From an uncultured Ardenticatenia bacterium (lineage in GTDB: Bacteria; Chloroflexota; Anaerolineae; 4572-78; NAK82), in NCBI GenBank assembly GCA_937127125.1, contig CAKZLO010000034.1, forward strand, positions 17,257 through 81,256: DNA of 64,000 nt. Reading direction: 5' to 3'. Each line of letters starts with the position of its first letter. Position 1 is the stretch's first letter. The notes beneath the pieces were generated by a model. The model was not told the DNA's origin. It saw only the letters and a program-made list of their open reading frames with translations, and did not search any database. The position numbers were made by a program, and so were the translations under genes. Positions 1-8,841 of this stretch are shown here, one piece after another.

Positions 1-2
1 CG

Positions 3-203
3 GTGCGCGTTAAAGGGGGCGGCATCACTGGTCAGGCGGACGCCATTCGTTTGGGATTGGCGCGCGCTTTGTTGCAGGTCGATCCCGAAAACCGACCTGT
101 GTTACGTAAGCTGGGAATGCTGACGCGCGATCCGCGGGCCAAAGAGCGCAAGAAACCAGGCCTGAAGCGCGCACGCAAAGCCCCGCAATATACAAAGCGT
201 TAG
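3..203 (+). CDS. rpsI: 30S ribosomal protein S9, C-terminal part (5' end outside window)
   Basis: Translation [19 protein letters not shown]...[25 protein letters not shown] is the conserved S9 C-terminal tail. The ORF is open at the window edge. Confidence 0.9.
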   Translation: MRVKGGGITGQADAIRLGLARALLQVDPENRPVLRKLGMLTRDPRAKERKKPGLKRARKAPQYTKR

Positions 204-456
204 CGGGTTTCGGTCCGAGAACGAGAACATTGGAGAAGGGTGCGCAAGGGAGCGTAAAAACTTGTAGTATCCCAGCTAGCCCCAAAAGGAGAAGTGCTCT
301 TTGCATAGCCGCAGAGTTGCGTGGAGAACGTGAGTAACTAGAGGGATTGCTTTAACTGTTTTCCGCGCAGCTATGCGGCTTTCCATTATGCTAAGTCAGC
401 TGCTCTGATTTGCACGCCTTTGAGTTGCCAGATCCTGGGGATGGGGAGGCGCTGTT

Positions 457-960
457 TTGAAACACATTTGGACGCCCTGGAGAAAACCCTATGTAGCGGG
501 TCAGGTTAGGCATGAAGGTTGTGTCTTCTGCCGCATGGTGGCCCAGGAGGAAACGCACGATCCTGCCAACTATGTTTTGTATCGCGGGCGGCGTGTCTTC
601 GCCGTGCTTAATCTCTACCCCTATAACAATGGACATCTGATGGTGTTACCTTATGATCATATTGCTAACATCGATGACCTTGTACCCGAGACTCAGGCCG
701 ATTTAATGCATCTGGTGTGTTATTTTGTGAGCATTATGCGCCGCGGCATGTCCCCCGCTGGCTTCAATATTGGAGTCAATATGGGTCGTGCCGCAGGTGC
801 GGGTATCGATGATCACGTGCATATCCATGTAGTGCCACGCTGGTCAGGTGACACCAATTTTATGCCGGTTATTGCTGAGACTCGTGTCATTCCCGAGCTA
901 CTCGACGAGACCTATTGCAACTTGCGTGCACTTGTGGAGCAGAATCCTCCTCCGTGTTGA
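457..960 (+). CDS. HIT-family nucleotide hydrolase/transferase
   Basis: 167 aa with the histidine-triad motif DDHVHIHVVPRW. TTG start lies about 8 nt after GGGGAGG. Confidence 0.75.
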   Translation: MKHIWTPWRKPYVAGQVRHEGCVFCRMVAQEETHDPANYVLYRGRRVFAVLNLYPYNNGHLMVLPYDHIANIDDLVPETQADLMHLVCYFVSIMRRGMSPAGFNIGVNMGRAAGAGIDDHVHIHVVPRWSGDTNFMPVIAETRVIPELLDETYCNLRALVEQNPPPC

Positions 961-1010
961 TATCGGGAGTCCGTGTACTATACTAAGCGCTCATCGTTAA
1001 GGTATTCATC

Positions 1011-3077
1011 GTGCTTGAAACGTTTTTCACCCCCCGTGGCATTGCTGTGATCGGAGCATCGCGTGACCCTTACAAGCCGGGCTATGGGGTCGTGCGCAAC
1101 CTCCATGATATAGGATTTCAGGGCGGCATTTATCCGGTCAACCCAGCAGCTAGTGAAGTCCTTGGGTATCGATGTTATCGCTCGGTCACTGAAGTTCCGG
1201 ATCCAGTAGATCTCGCGGTGATCATTGTGGCAGCCGAGCGTGTTCTCGAGGTAATCGAGCAGTGTGCGGCACGAGGCATTCAGCATGTTGTCGTCTCAAG
1301 TGGTGGCTTCAGCGAGACAGGAGGGGAAGGTCGTGCGCGCGAGCAGGTATTGTTGGAGACAGCCAGACGGCTAGGGATCCGCATCGTCGGGCCGAATTGC
1401 ATTGGCACGATCGATACCCACCATCCAGTTAATGTGACTTTTACTATTGGCAAGCCTCTTCAGGGTCCTATTGGCTTCGTATCTCAGTCGGGAGCGCTCT
1501 GTGTGGCGTTGCTCATGTGGGCCCAGAATGAGGAGATCGGTTTCTCACGCATTGCCAGCTTGGGCAATCAAGCCGATGTTAACGAGACCGAGATGCTTGA
1601 AGTATTGGCCGAGGATCCCCACACTCGGGTAATTGCCGCTTATGTTGAGGGCGTCACCAACGGTCGATCATTCATCGAGGTGGCGGGGAACATCAGTCGC
1701 AAGAAACCTTTGATTGTGCTGAAGGGCGGACGAGGCACTGGAGGTGCCCGGGCGGTCAGGTCTCACACCGGGGCGTTGGCGGGCAGCTTGGAAGCTTATC
1801 AAGCTGCTTTTCGCCGCTGTGGAGCCATACAGGCAAACACGCTCCTCGATTTGGCCGAGTGGGCCCGTGTGGCTGCTTGGCAGCCATTGCCGCTAGGTGA
1901 CCGGGTGGCCATACTGACCAATGCTGGTGGAGCTGGTGTTCTGGCTGCAGATGCGTTAGAGACGTACGGATTAAGGCTGGCTGATCTGGGCGAAGATACA
2001 CGTGCAAGATTGTGTGCGGTGGCACCTCCGCCATGTATCACTGAGAACCCTGTAGATCTCTTGGCTGGCTCTGGTCCAGCGGTGTACAGTGTAGCACTTG
2101 ACGCATTGTTGACTGATCCAGCAGTTGACGCTGTGATTGTGATTGTGGGACCCCAAGATTGGTTCTTGCCGACCAGCCTGGCAGAGGTGATCGGCGAGGC
2201 TTTCTCACGACATAACAAGCCAGTGCTGGCGTCGATGATGGGCTTGGAAGCGAGTCATCAAGCAGTGACGTTGCTGCGACGATACCGTGTTCCGAATTTT
2301 GGTTTCCCGGACCGGGCGGCAAGCGCGCTGGCGGCACTACTGACACGGCGGCGCTGGTTGGATGCGCCTCCTGGTAAGTCACTCGCACTCTTAGACCCCG
2401 AGGCGGTACGGCAAGCTGCGAGTAGTGCTTTACAGCGTAGGGATTTGAAAGCCTTGCTGGCAGCATGGGGTATCAGCTTGCCTGAGGAAGGCATTGCCCA
2501 CACCGCAGAGGAGGCAGTACAGCTCGCGGAACGCATCGGTTATCCGGTGGTGCTCAAGGCGGTTTCTGAGCAGATTACGCACAAATCAGAAGCGGGTTGC
2601 GTCGCTGTGAATCTCGCTGACGCGAGAGCAGTGCGGGGTGCCTTCGCACGCATTGTGTCGGCGGTGCGAACACATTCATCCGATGCGACACTCGAGGGTG
2701 TACTCGTGCAGCCGATGCTGAGTGGTGGTCATGAGGTGATTGTCGGGGTACGCCGTGACCCGCAATTCGGCCCGCTTGTGTTGGTGGGCAGTGGCGGGGT
2801 AGAAGTGGAGCTGGTGCGTGATGTAGCAGTTGGGATCGCACCATTAAGCTATGCACAGGCTGAAGAGCTGTTGGATGCAACAAAGGTGGGAATACGGCTG
2901 CGAGGTTGGCGTGGCACACCTCCGGCGGATCGCGCGGCCGTTCTTGAGGCTGTAGTCCGTTTGGGTCAGATGGCCTATGAGTTTCCCCAAATCAGCGAAT
3001 TAGAGATAAATCCCCTCTATGTATTGTCGCAAGGGCATGGTGCACTAGCGGTGGACATACGTGGCGTTCTTGAATGA
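1011..3077 (+). CDS. ADP-forming acetyl/acyl-CoA synthetase (fused CoA-binding + ATP-grasp domains)
   Basis: 688 aa. N-terminus FFTPRGIAVIGASRDPYKPGY is CoA-binding, followed by SQSGAL and HTGALAG ligase-CoA motifs and a C-terminal ATP-grasp part (GYPVVLKAVS...HKSEAGCV). Confidence 0.8.
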   Translation: MLETFFTPRGIAVIGASRDPYKPGYGVVRNLHDIGFQGGIYPVNPAASEVLGYRCYRSVTEVPDPVDLAVIIVAAERVLEVIEQCAARGIQHVVVSSGGFSETGGEGRAREQVLLETARRLGIRIVGPNCIGTIDTHHPVNVTFTIGKPLQGPIGFVSQSGALCVALLMWAQNEEIGFSRIASLGNQADVNETEMLEVLAEDPHTRVIAAYVEGVTNGRSFIEVAGNISRKKPLIVLKGGRGTGGARAVRSHTGALAGSLEAYQAAFRRCGAIQANTLLDLAEWARVAAWQPLPLGDRVAILTNAGGAGVLAADALETYGLRLADLGEDTRARLCAVAPPPCITENPVDLLAGSGPAVYSVALDALLTDPAVDAVIVIVGPQDWFLPTSLAEVIGEAFSRHNKPVLASMMGLEASHQAVTLLRRYRVPNFGFPDRAASALAALLTRRRWLDAPPGKSLALLDPEAVRQAASSALQRRDLKALLAAWGISLPEEGIAHTAEEAVQLAERIGYPVVLKAVSEQITHKSEAGCVAVNLADARAVRGAFARIVSAVRTHSSDATLEGVLVQPMLSGGHEVIVGVRRDPQFGPLVLVGSGGVEVELVRDVAVGIAPLSYAQAEELLDATKVGIRLRGWRGTPPADRAAVLEAVVRLGQMAYEFPQISELEINPLYVLSQGHGALAVDIRGVLE

Positions 3078-3112
3078 GATTATCGATGTGAAATCTGGGT
3101 GCTGGTGGACTT

Positions 3113-3781
3113 ATGGGGGAACGTTATTTTGCCGGTGTGCGCCTCGACCTGAGGCAACGTATATTGATTACAGCGATGCTCCTGTTCGTGAGCCTTGGGT
3201 ATTTGCCACTAAATCGCCTGATGACGGGTGGTACAACGGTTGAGATATGGCTAGATCGCTTTGTGCCATTCTCTCCTGTATGGATTGTACCGTACCTGCT
3301 AGCTATTGTCTGGTGGGTTGTGGCCGGTCTATGGGCGTTTTGGTCTATGGAGGATGGGCTGTATTTGGCATTTGTTTCCTCATGGGTACTAGCGTGTCTG
3401 ATCGGCTTTGGGATCTTCATTTGTTATCCTACTTATATGGTACGTCCTGCTATCAGCGGTGACAGCTGGGCTGAGGTGATCGTCCGTTATATATACGAGC
3501 ATGACAGAACGTATAACGCCTTCCCTAGTATGCATCTTTGGGTTACAGTTACTATCGCCTTGTACTGGAGCTATTGGAAGCCAAAATGGCGTGCTTGGAT
3601 ATGGATTGCCACAATTATTGTGGCATCATCGACGGTTTTGTCTGGTCAACACTGGATCATGGATGTAGTTGGAGGCACACTTCTGGCGGTGGTATGTTAC
3701 TATTTGGGGCCAATGACAGCTGCTTTGGTTCTGCCTGCGATTCGACGATCATCCGTGAGACCTCCATCGGTTGATCTTTAG
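3113..3781 (+). CDS. PAP2-superfamily (PAP2_C / sphingolipid-synthase-like) integral membrane protein
   Basis: 222 aa and multi-TM. Motifs PSMH and SGQHWIMDVVGG resemble the C2/C3 motifs of PAP2 lipid phosphatases/phosphotransferases. Confidence 0.5.
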   Translation: MGERYFAGVRLDLRQRILITAMLLFVSLGYLPLNRLMTGGTTVEIWLDRFVPFSPVWIVPYLLAIVWWVVAGLWAFWSMEDGLYLAFVSSWVLACLIGFGIFICYPTYMVRPAISGDSWAEVIVRYIYEHDRTYNAFPSMHLWVTVTIALYWSYWKPKWRAWIWIATIIVASSTVLSGQHWIMDVVGGTLLAVVCYYLGPMTAALVLPAIRRSSVRPPSVDL

Positions 3782-3820
3782 TTCCAGTATGTTCCTGTTT
3801 GCAGGCAGAGGGTCAAAGGT

Positions 3821-4522
3821 ATGATGGAGACCTTCATATCGCTCACCTGGTCGCAGGATGTCGAAGAAGGTGAGGCACACGTTCTGGTCTATACAGTCAC
3901 CTATCTGGTGGCTCAGCTAGGAAAGCGCTTGCCATTCTGGTTCCAGTTTCAAGCCATGCCACCAATTCGGCCGTTTGGGGATTGGGTGATTCTGATGATG
4001 CCACAAGGCTCCGCATATTCGAGCATGGACTGGTACATAAAGCATAGCGTCACCCCTGATGGCAGGGCAGTGGATGGTCTTGCTTATCTGCGTTTGGTGG
4101 AAATGGAGCCATGGCAGAGTTCAACTCCTCACTTCGATCTTGCACTTGTGGGGAGAGACTTGAACGATGCGCAAGGTCGCTCTGTCCTTAGCGTCGTGCG
4201 TAGTGGGATGGCAGCTGTTGTTTCCGTTCACCAGTTACGTCGTTCTTTTGAGAAAGAGGAACGCATTGTGAAGCTCAGTCACTTGGTAGCGCACAACTTC
4301 GGCCGCGTGGTGGGCATCCCATTGCCTGGGCGCAAGACAGGCTTGCAATATGTGGACGAGCACTCCTACTGCACCCACTTGTGTGCTATGCGCCCAATGA
4401 TGACCCTGGATGACCTGGTCGAGTTGTCAGAGCAGATCAGGGGGAGGTGGGGTTTCTATTGCGATGTATGTCAGAGCGAAATGGAGGCCGTGTTTATTAG
4501 CAAGTACTACGGCATGAATTGA
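3821..4522 (+). CDS. Archaemetzincin-like (peptidase M54-like) protein with non-canonical HLVAH site
   Basis: 233 aa with DLALVGRDL...AAVVSVHQLR, HLVAHNFG, CTHLCAM and CDVC. The order and spacing are reminiscent of the archaemetzincin signature HExxHxxG..C..CxM..CxxC, but Glu is replaced by Leu. Confidence 0.45.
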   Translation: MMETFISLTWSQDVEEGEAHVLVYTVTYLVAQLGKRLPFWFQFQAMPPIRPFGDWVILMMPQGSAYSSMDWYIKHSVTPDGRAVDGLAYLRLVEMEPWQSSTPHFDLALVGRDLNDAQGRSVLSVVRSGMAAVVSVHQLRRSFEKEERIVKLSHLVAHNFGRVVGIPLPGRKTGLQYVDEHSYCTHLCAMRPMMTLDDLVELSEQIRGRWGFYCDVCQSEMEAVFISKYYGMN

Positions 4523-4547
4523 ATCGCTTAGTCCTGACCTGTGCTCA

Positions 4548-5951
4548 ATGATCGTATCACTTCCGGCCGCCTTTACAAGGCGCATGCGCATGCTGCTCGG
4601 CGGAGAGTCAGAAGCCTTTCTAAACAGTTTCAATCAGCCACCATCCGTAGGATTACGCGTTAATACACTTAAGATCACTCCCGAAGCGTTCCTCTCAGTG
4701 AGTCCTTTTCCACTTAAGCCAGTGCCATGGTGTCCTGAAGGATTTGTTGTCACAAGCAATGATCACGTGCGTCCAAGTCGTCATCCGTATTATGCGGCTG
4801 GTTTATATTATCTCCAGGATCCGAGTGCGATGGCGGCGGTGGTGTTGCTTGATCCTCAACCGGGTGAATTCGTGTTGGATCTGTGCGCCGCGCCTGGTGG
4901 GAAAGCTACCCACATACTGACGCGCATGCGCAATGCTGGACTCTTAGCAGCCAACGAAGCGGTACGTAGTCGAGCAAATGTGTTGCTGGCCAACATGGAA
5001 CTATTTGGGGCAAAACCCATCCTAGTGATCAATGAGACACCTAAAGTGCTGGTGGACCGCTGGAGAGGAACCTTCGATCGAGTGCTGGTTGACGCCCCGT
5101 GCTCGGGCGAAAGCTTGTTTCGCAAGAACCCGGCTGCCTGCCGTGAGTGGTCACCCGCTGTGGTGGAAGGATGCGCGGCACGTCAAGGCATGTTGCTGGC
5201 AATGGCTGCAGATCTGGTGCGGGAGGGAGGACGACTGGTGTACTCCACCTGTACTTTCGCACCTGAAGAAAATGAAGCCGTTATTGCTCGCTTCTTACGC
5301 ACACGGAGGGATTACCACTTGGTTGAACCACCACGTCTTCCAGGCTTTAGCTGTGGTCGACTGGACTGGATTGCGCCTGAACTGGCGCGCGGATTACCCC
5401 TTGAACGCTGCGTGCGCCTGTGGCCACACCTCAGCATAGGTGAGGGCCACTTTGTTGCAGTTTTGGAGAGAGAGGGCTCTGCGACACATTCGCATTTTGT
5501 AACTTATGCTGCTTCTTTGCCTAGCAAGGTCAAACGTGTGGTTGAGATGTTTTGGAACGAGATGCTCTCGACAGATGTAATGCCCGATTCAGGCTGGTAC
5601 ATGATCGATAGAACGCTTCATTGGACGCCTGTGTCCCCCACGGTATGGGCAGGATTGCGCGTCGTGCGGGCAGGCTGGCAAGTGGGTAGTCTCTCGGGTG
5701 GTCAATTTGTCCCTGCCTATGCATTGGGGATGGCACTATGTGGTTCAGATGTGCGGAGCACCTTTGATCTGGGCAACGACATGCCTGCAACAGTGTCGTA
5801 TCTATGTGGCGAGCCTCTTCAGAGCATAGGGCCTGAAGGTTGGGTGTTAATCACTTATGAAGGTTATCCGTTGGGGTGGGGTAAACGGGTGAGGGGGGTG
5901 ATCAAGAATCATTATCCGCGGCATAGGCGATGGCCGCGACCGCTTTTCTAA
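4548..5951 (+). CDS. RsmB/RsmF-family (NOL1/NOP2/Sun) RNA cytosine-C5 methyltransferase
   Basis: 467 aa with the SAM motif DLCAAPGGKATH and catalytic motifs DAPCSGE and YSTCT. Confidence 0.8.
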   Translation: MIVSLPAAFTRRMRMLLGGESEAFLNSFNQPPSVGLRVNTLKITPEAFLSVSPFPLKPVPWCPEGFVVTSNDHVRPSRHPYYAAGLYYLQDPSAMAAVVLLDPQPGEFVLDLCAAPGGKATHILTRMRNAGLLAANEAVRSRANVLLANMELFGAKPILVINETPKVLVDRWRGTFDRVLVDAPCSGESLFRKNPAACREWSPAVVEGCAARQGMLLAMAADLVREGGRLVYSTCTFAPEENEAVIARFLRTRRDYHLVEPPRLPGFSCGRLDWIAPELARGLPLERCVRLWPHLSIGEGHFVAVLEREGSATHSHFVTYAASLPSKVKRVVEMFWNEMLSTDVMPDSGWYMIDRTLHWTPVSPTVWAGLRVVRAGWQVGSLSGGQFVPAYALGMALCGSDVRSTFDLGNDMPATVSYLCGEPLQSIGPEGWVLITYEGYPLGWGKRVRGVIKNHYPRHRRWPRPLF

Positions 5952-5985
5952 GCGGGAATGCCCGATTTTTGCGCAACAGCGGGTT

Positions 5986-6014
5986 TTGCTCGGCGGTTAT
6001 CACCATACTATAAT
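5986..6014 (+). promoter_or_regulatory. Putative sigma70-type promoter of lepB (TTGCTC-17-TATAAT)
   Basis: TTGCTC at 5986-5991, a 17-nt spacer, and TATAAT at 6009-6014, about 35 nt upstream of the lepB start. Confidence 0.4.
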
Positions 6015-6048
6015 CCTGTGAAGACAATATCCTAAGCGGGGGACGGTA

Positions 6049-6759
6049 TTGAGTAGTTTTTCGGAAGAACCAGGGAGGGAAGATCTGTCGTTAGGTCCAT
6101 ATCTGACCACAACGCAAGCAGAGATGAGCGATGTGGCTTCTGCGCAGGAGGCTCAGGCGGGCAGCGCGAAAAGCGTGCGCAGCGTTGTAGGTGAGATTCT
6201 AGAGACCATTGTCCTTACCCTGATCATCTTCTTCGTGATCCAGACGCTGGTGCGCAACTTCCGGGTAGTGGGCACCAGCATGGAACCCAACCTGTACAAT
6301 GGGCAGTATCTTATCATCGATAAAGTTAGCTACCGTTTTAGCGAGCCTCAAGTGGGTGACGTAGTGGTGTTTGAGCCTCCTAACCGACCCGGTGAGGATT
6401 ATGTGAAGCGCATCATCGGGTTGCCGGGACAATTGGTTGAGATCCGCGACGGTCAGGTCTTCATTGATAACAAGCCGTTGGAAGAACCTTATATGGTACG
6501 TCGTGGTTCCTATTCAATGGAACCTCGGCGAGTAGGGCCAGATGAGTATTTTGTGTTGGGTGATAATCGCGACAGCTCAAGCGATTCGCATATGTGGGGT
6601 ATGTTGCCACGCGCTAACATTGTAGGTAGGGCATGGATCTCCTATTGGCCACCCAGCTCGTGGGGATTGATCACTCGAGATGCACCTACCTCGACTACTA
6701 CCTTGTCCTATTGGCTTAGAACGTTGCTTAACCTCGACAATCAATCTGGCAAGGAATAG
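6049..6759 (+). CDS. lepB: Signal peptidase I
   Basis: 236 aa with an N-terminal TM segment, the catalytic Ser box GTSMEPNL, the Lys box YVKRIIGLPG, and GDNRDSSSDS. The start is uncertain (TTG 6049 or ATG 6124). Confidence 0.85.
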   Translation: MSSFSEEPGREDLSLGPYLTTTQAEMSDVASAQEAQAGSAKSVRSVVGEILETIVLTLIIFFVIQTLVRNFRVVGTSMEPNLYNGQYLIIDKVSYRFSEPQVGDVVVFEPPNRPGEDYVKRIIGLPGQLVEIRDGQVFIDNKPLEEPYMVRRGSYSMEPRRVGPDEYFVLGDNRDSSSDSHMWGMLPRANIVGRAWISYWPPSSWGLITRDAPTSTTTLSYWLRTLLNLDNQSGKE

Positions 6760-6767
6760 CAGGGCCC

Positions 6768-6998
6768 ATGGGACCGATATGCCCAACCTGTCACACAGGT
6801 CGTTTACAGCCGCGTGCGGTGAGCTACGTTCAGTGGCTGGGCGAAAGCCTTTTAGTGGTTCATCGGGTGCCAGCAGTTGTGTGTGATGTGTGTGGTGAGC
6901 GTGTCTACGACGATCGAGCTATGCGGCATCTGCAGCGCTTGTTGATGATGTCCAACTTGGATGTCGTTGTGACTTCACGTCCGTATTATCTGGCTTAA
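6768..6998 (+). CDS. YgiT-type zinc-finger protein (MqsA-N-like)
   Basis: 76 aa with CPTC...(30 aa)...CDVCGE, the pattern typical of YgiT-type zinc fingers. Confidence 0.55.
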   Translation: MGPICPTCHTGRLQPRAVSYVQWLGESLLVVHRVPAVVCDVCGERVYDDRAMRHLQRLLMMSNLDVVVTSRPYYLA

Positions 6999-7026
6999 TA
7001 CCTGTCATACAACCACCATATGAGGA

Positions 7027-7896
7027 TTGTTTCCATTCGTGTATAGCGATTACCCCGATTGGAACCGCGAGTACGCCTTGCGGGAGGAGATTGTACGTAT
7101 TGGCCGCCTTATGTACGAGCGCGGCTACGTCGTGTCAAACGATGGCAACCTCTCTGTGCGGCTGGATGAGAGGCATGTTCTGTGTACCCCCAGTGGGCTC
7201 TGCAAGGGGATGATGTCCCCTGATCAGATGATCGTGGTAGATATGGAGGGTCGCAAGGTGGGACGGGTAACGGCTGCCAACCGCAACCTGGTGCCTACCA
7301 GCGAGGTATTTATGCATTTGGAAGCTTATCGCCAACGCGCTGATATACGGGCGGTAGTGCATGCGCATCCCCCGGTCACGGTCGCATTGAGTATTGCTGG
7401 CATTTCTTTGGCAGACTGCATGCTTCCAGAAGTAATTGTGAACTTGGGCTTGGTGCCCACTACACAATATGCAACGCCAGCTAGCCTGGAAAATGTCTCT
7501 GCAATCCGCGAATTGATCGTCGGCCACGACGGGATCGTTCTACAGCGACACGGCGTTCTCACTGTAGGTAGATGCCTGCTCGAGGCATATATGCGACTGG
7601 AGGCCATCGAGCAGATTGCCAAGATTACCGCTATTCTGGAGCAACTTGGCCGGGGTGAACCGTTATCGCCAGCTCAGGTGGAGAAGCTTTTGGAGCAGCG
7701 GCGCAAGATGGGATTGGCACGCCCAGGTGAAGAGGCAGAGTTCTGTCATATCTGTGGCGTGTGTCCGACCCAAAATATGGCGATGGAACTCTCTAGGCCA
7801 CTAGAAAGTCTCCCTCAAGGTGATGCAGAAGATCAAGCAGAGCTAGTTCGCCTCGTAACACAAGCGGTTTTGCGCGAGCTGGGTTACACGAGTTGA
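7027..7896 (+). CDS. Class II aldolase/adducin-family protein with ~80-aa C-terminal extension
   Basis: 289 aa with SNDGNLSVR, TSEVFMHLEAY, AVVHAHPP and LQRHGVLTVG, the metal-binding His pattern of fuculose-phosphate-aldolase-like enzymes. The extension carries CHICGVC and an amphipathic terminal helix. Confidence 0.8.
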   Translation: MFPFVYSDYPDWNREYALREEIVRIGRLMYERGYVVSNDGNLSVRLDERHVLCTPSGLCKGMMSPDQMIVVDMEGRKVGRVTAANRNLVPTSEVFMHLEAYRQRADIRAVVHAHPPVTVALSIAGISLADCMLPEVIVNLGLVPTTQYATPASLENVSAIRELIVGHDGIVLQRHGVLTVGRCLLEAYMRLEAIEQIAKITAILEQLGRGEPLSPAQVEKLLEQRRKMGLARPGEEAEFCHICGVCPTQNMAMELSRPLESLPQGDAEDQAELVRLVTQAVLRELGYTS

Positions 7897-8181
7897 TCTA
7901 TCCTTATAAATCCCATGTCCCATTTCAATTGGAGTACGGTGCCAGCGCATTTGGCAGACCGTCGCTGGTGGCCCATTTGGCTATGGTGTGCCTCGCTGAT
8001 CTTGGTGATGAGCGATCATCTCGTCGTACGTACCCTTGGGATGTTCCTGTTGCTTTAGTCTCCGCCTAGATGGGTTTGTCTTGAAGCATTATCCGGAAGT
8101 CCTTCTGAAGTGGTCTGGCGCATCACCTTAGCGTGCGGGCTTAGCTTCAGGCTGTTTGGCATTGGTTTGCTGTAAAGGTAT

Positions 8182-8691
8182 GTGCTCGGAGAGCTCTCAT
8201 CTAAGTATGATGAAATGGCCACTTTAGAGCATTTCAGTGTGCTTAGCAGTGATGCGATTCGGACAAACTACCGTCTTGGTAGGTTTGTAGATTTGATCGG
8301 TTATCGTGTGCGTCCGCTCTCCGCTTCAGGAACAATAAGAGTGTCTCCGGGTGACACGATAATATTATGGGTGTACTGGCGTAACATTCAGCCATCTACG
8401 ACTGCTTACCGTGCGTTTATCCATCTGGGTGAAAACCCTATCTGGGCGCAGCAGGATGATGATCCAGCGTGTCGCTTGCCTACCTCGGTTTGGCGCGCAG
8501 GGCAATTGACACGTGGGCAATTTCGGCTTGTAGTTCCGCGTGGGATACCGATTGGACGGTATCCGTTGAGTCTAGGTCTATATGACCCGGTGACTATGGA
8601 GCGCTTGATCGTTATAGATGAGCATGGACAGCCTATTGGAGATTCTGTGTCACTGCTCACGGTCGAGGTATCGAGCTTATCTGGTGAGTAA
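8182..8691 (+). CDS. Stand-alone copy of the C-terminal extracytoplasmic domain usually found on GT-C/PMT_2-type glycosyltransferases (possible gene remnant)
   Basis: 169 aa: GYRV...SPGDTIILWVYWRNIQP...YRAFIHLG...WAQQDDDP...LPTSVWRAGQ...IPIGRYPLSLGLYDPVTMERL. In my experience this pattern is the C-terminal domain of Chloroflexi/cyanobacterial family-39-like transferases. No TM core is attached. Confidence 0.4.
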   Translation: MLGELSSKYDEMATLEHFSVLSSDAIRTNYRLGRFVDLIGYRVRPLSASGTIRVSPGDTIILWVYWRNIQPSTTAYRAFIHLGENPIWAQQDDDPACRLPTSVWRAGQLTRGQFRLVVPRGIPIGRYPLSLGLYDPVTMERLIVIDEHGQPIGDSVSLLTVEVSSLSGE

Positions 8692-8763
8692 CAGTAGGAT
8701 CACCTGTCTGGGCAGGTATTTACGTAAAGCTTCCCTTGCTGTACTCCTCTCCCTGTCTGCATC

Positions 8764-8792
8764 TTGCTCGCCGTTCAGCTTAGTGTTACAAT
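8764..8792 (+). promoter_or_regulatory. Putative extended -10 promoter for the giant membrane-protein operon (TTGCTC-17-TGTTACAAT)
   Basis: TTGCTC at 8764-8769, a 17-nt spacer, and TACAAT at 8787-8792 preceded by TGT. This argues that the true CDS start is ATG 8842, not the track start at 8764. Confidence 0.4.
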
Positions 8793-8841
8793 CGTCTACC
8801 TTAGAAGCGTTCTCACGCCCCAATATGGCGTAAGGCCACCG

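Noticed and set aside
204-456. The 253-nt rpsI-HIT intergenic region, considered as a possible structured RNA or leader.
   Set aside because: I found only a 7-bp complementary pair (AGCCGCA/TGCGGCT) separated by ~60 nt. I could not identify any recognisable riboswitch or sRNA features.
8764-8841. The track's upstream start (8764) for the giant membrane protein.
   Set aside because: The first 78 nt coincide with a good TTGCTC-17-TGTTACAAT promoter, and the encoded peptide is not hydrophobic or conserved-looking. ATG 8842 is preferred.
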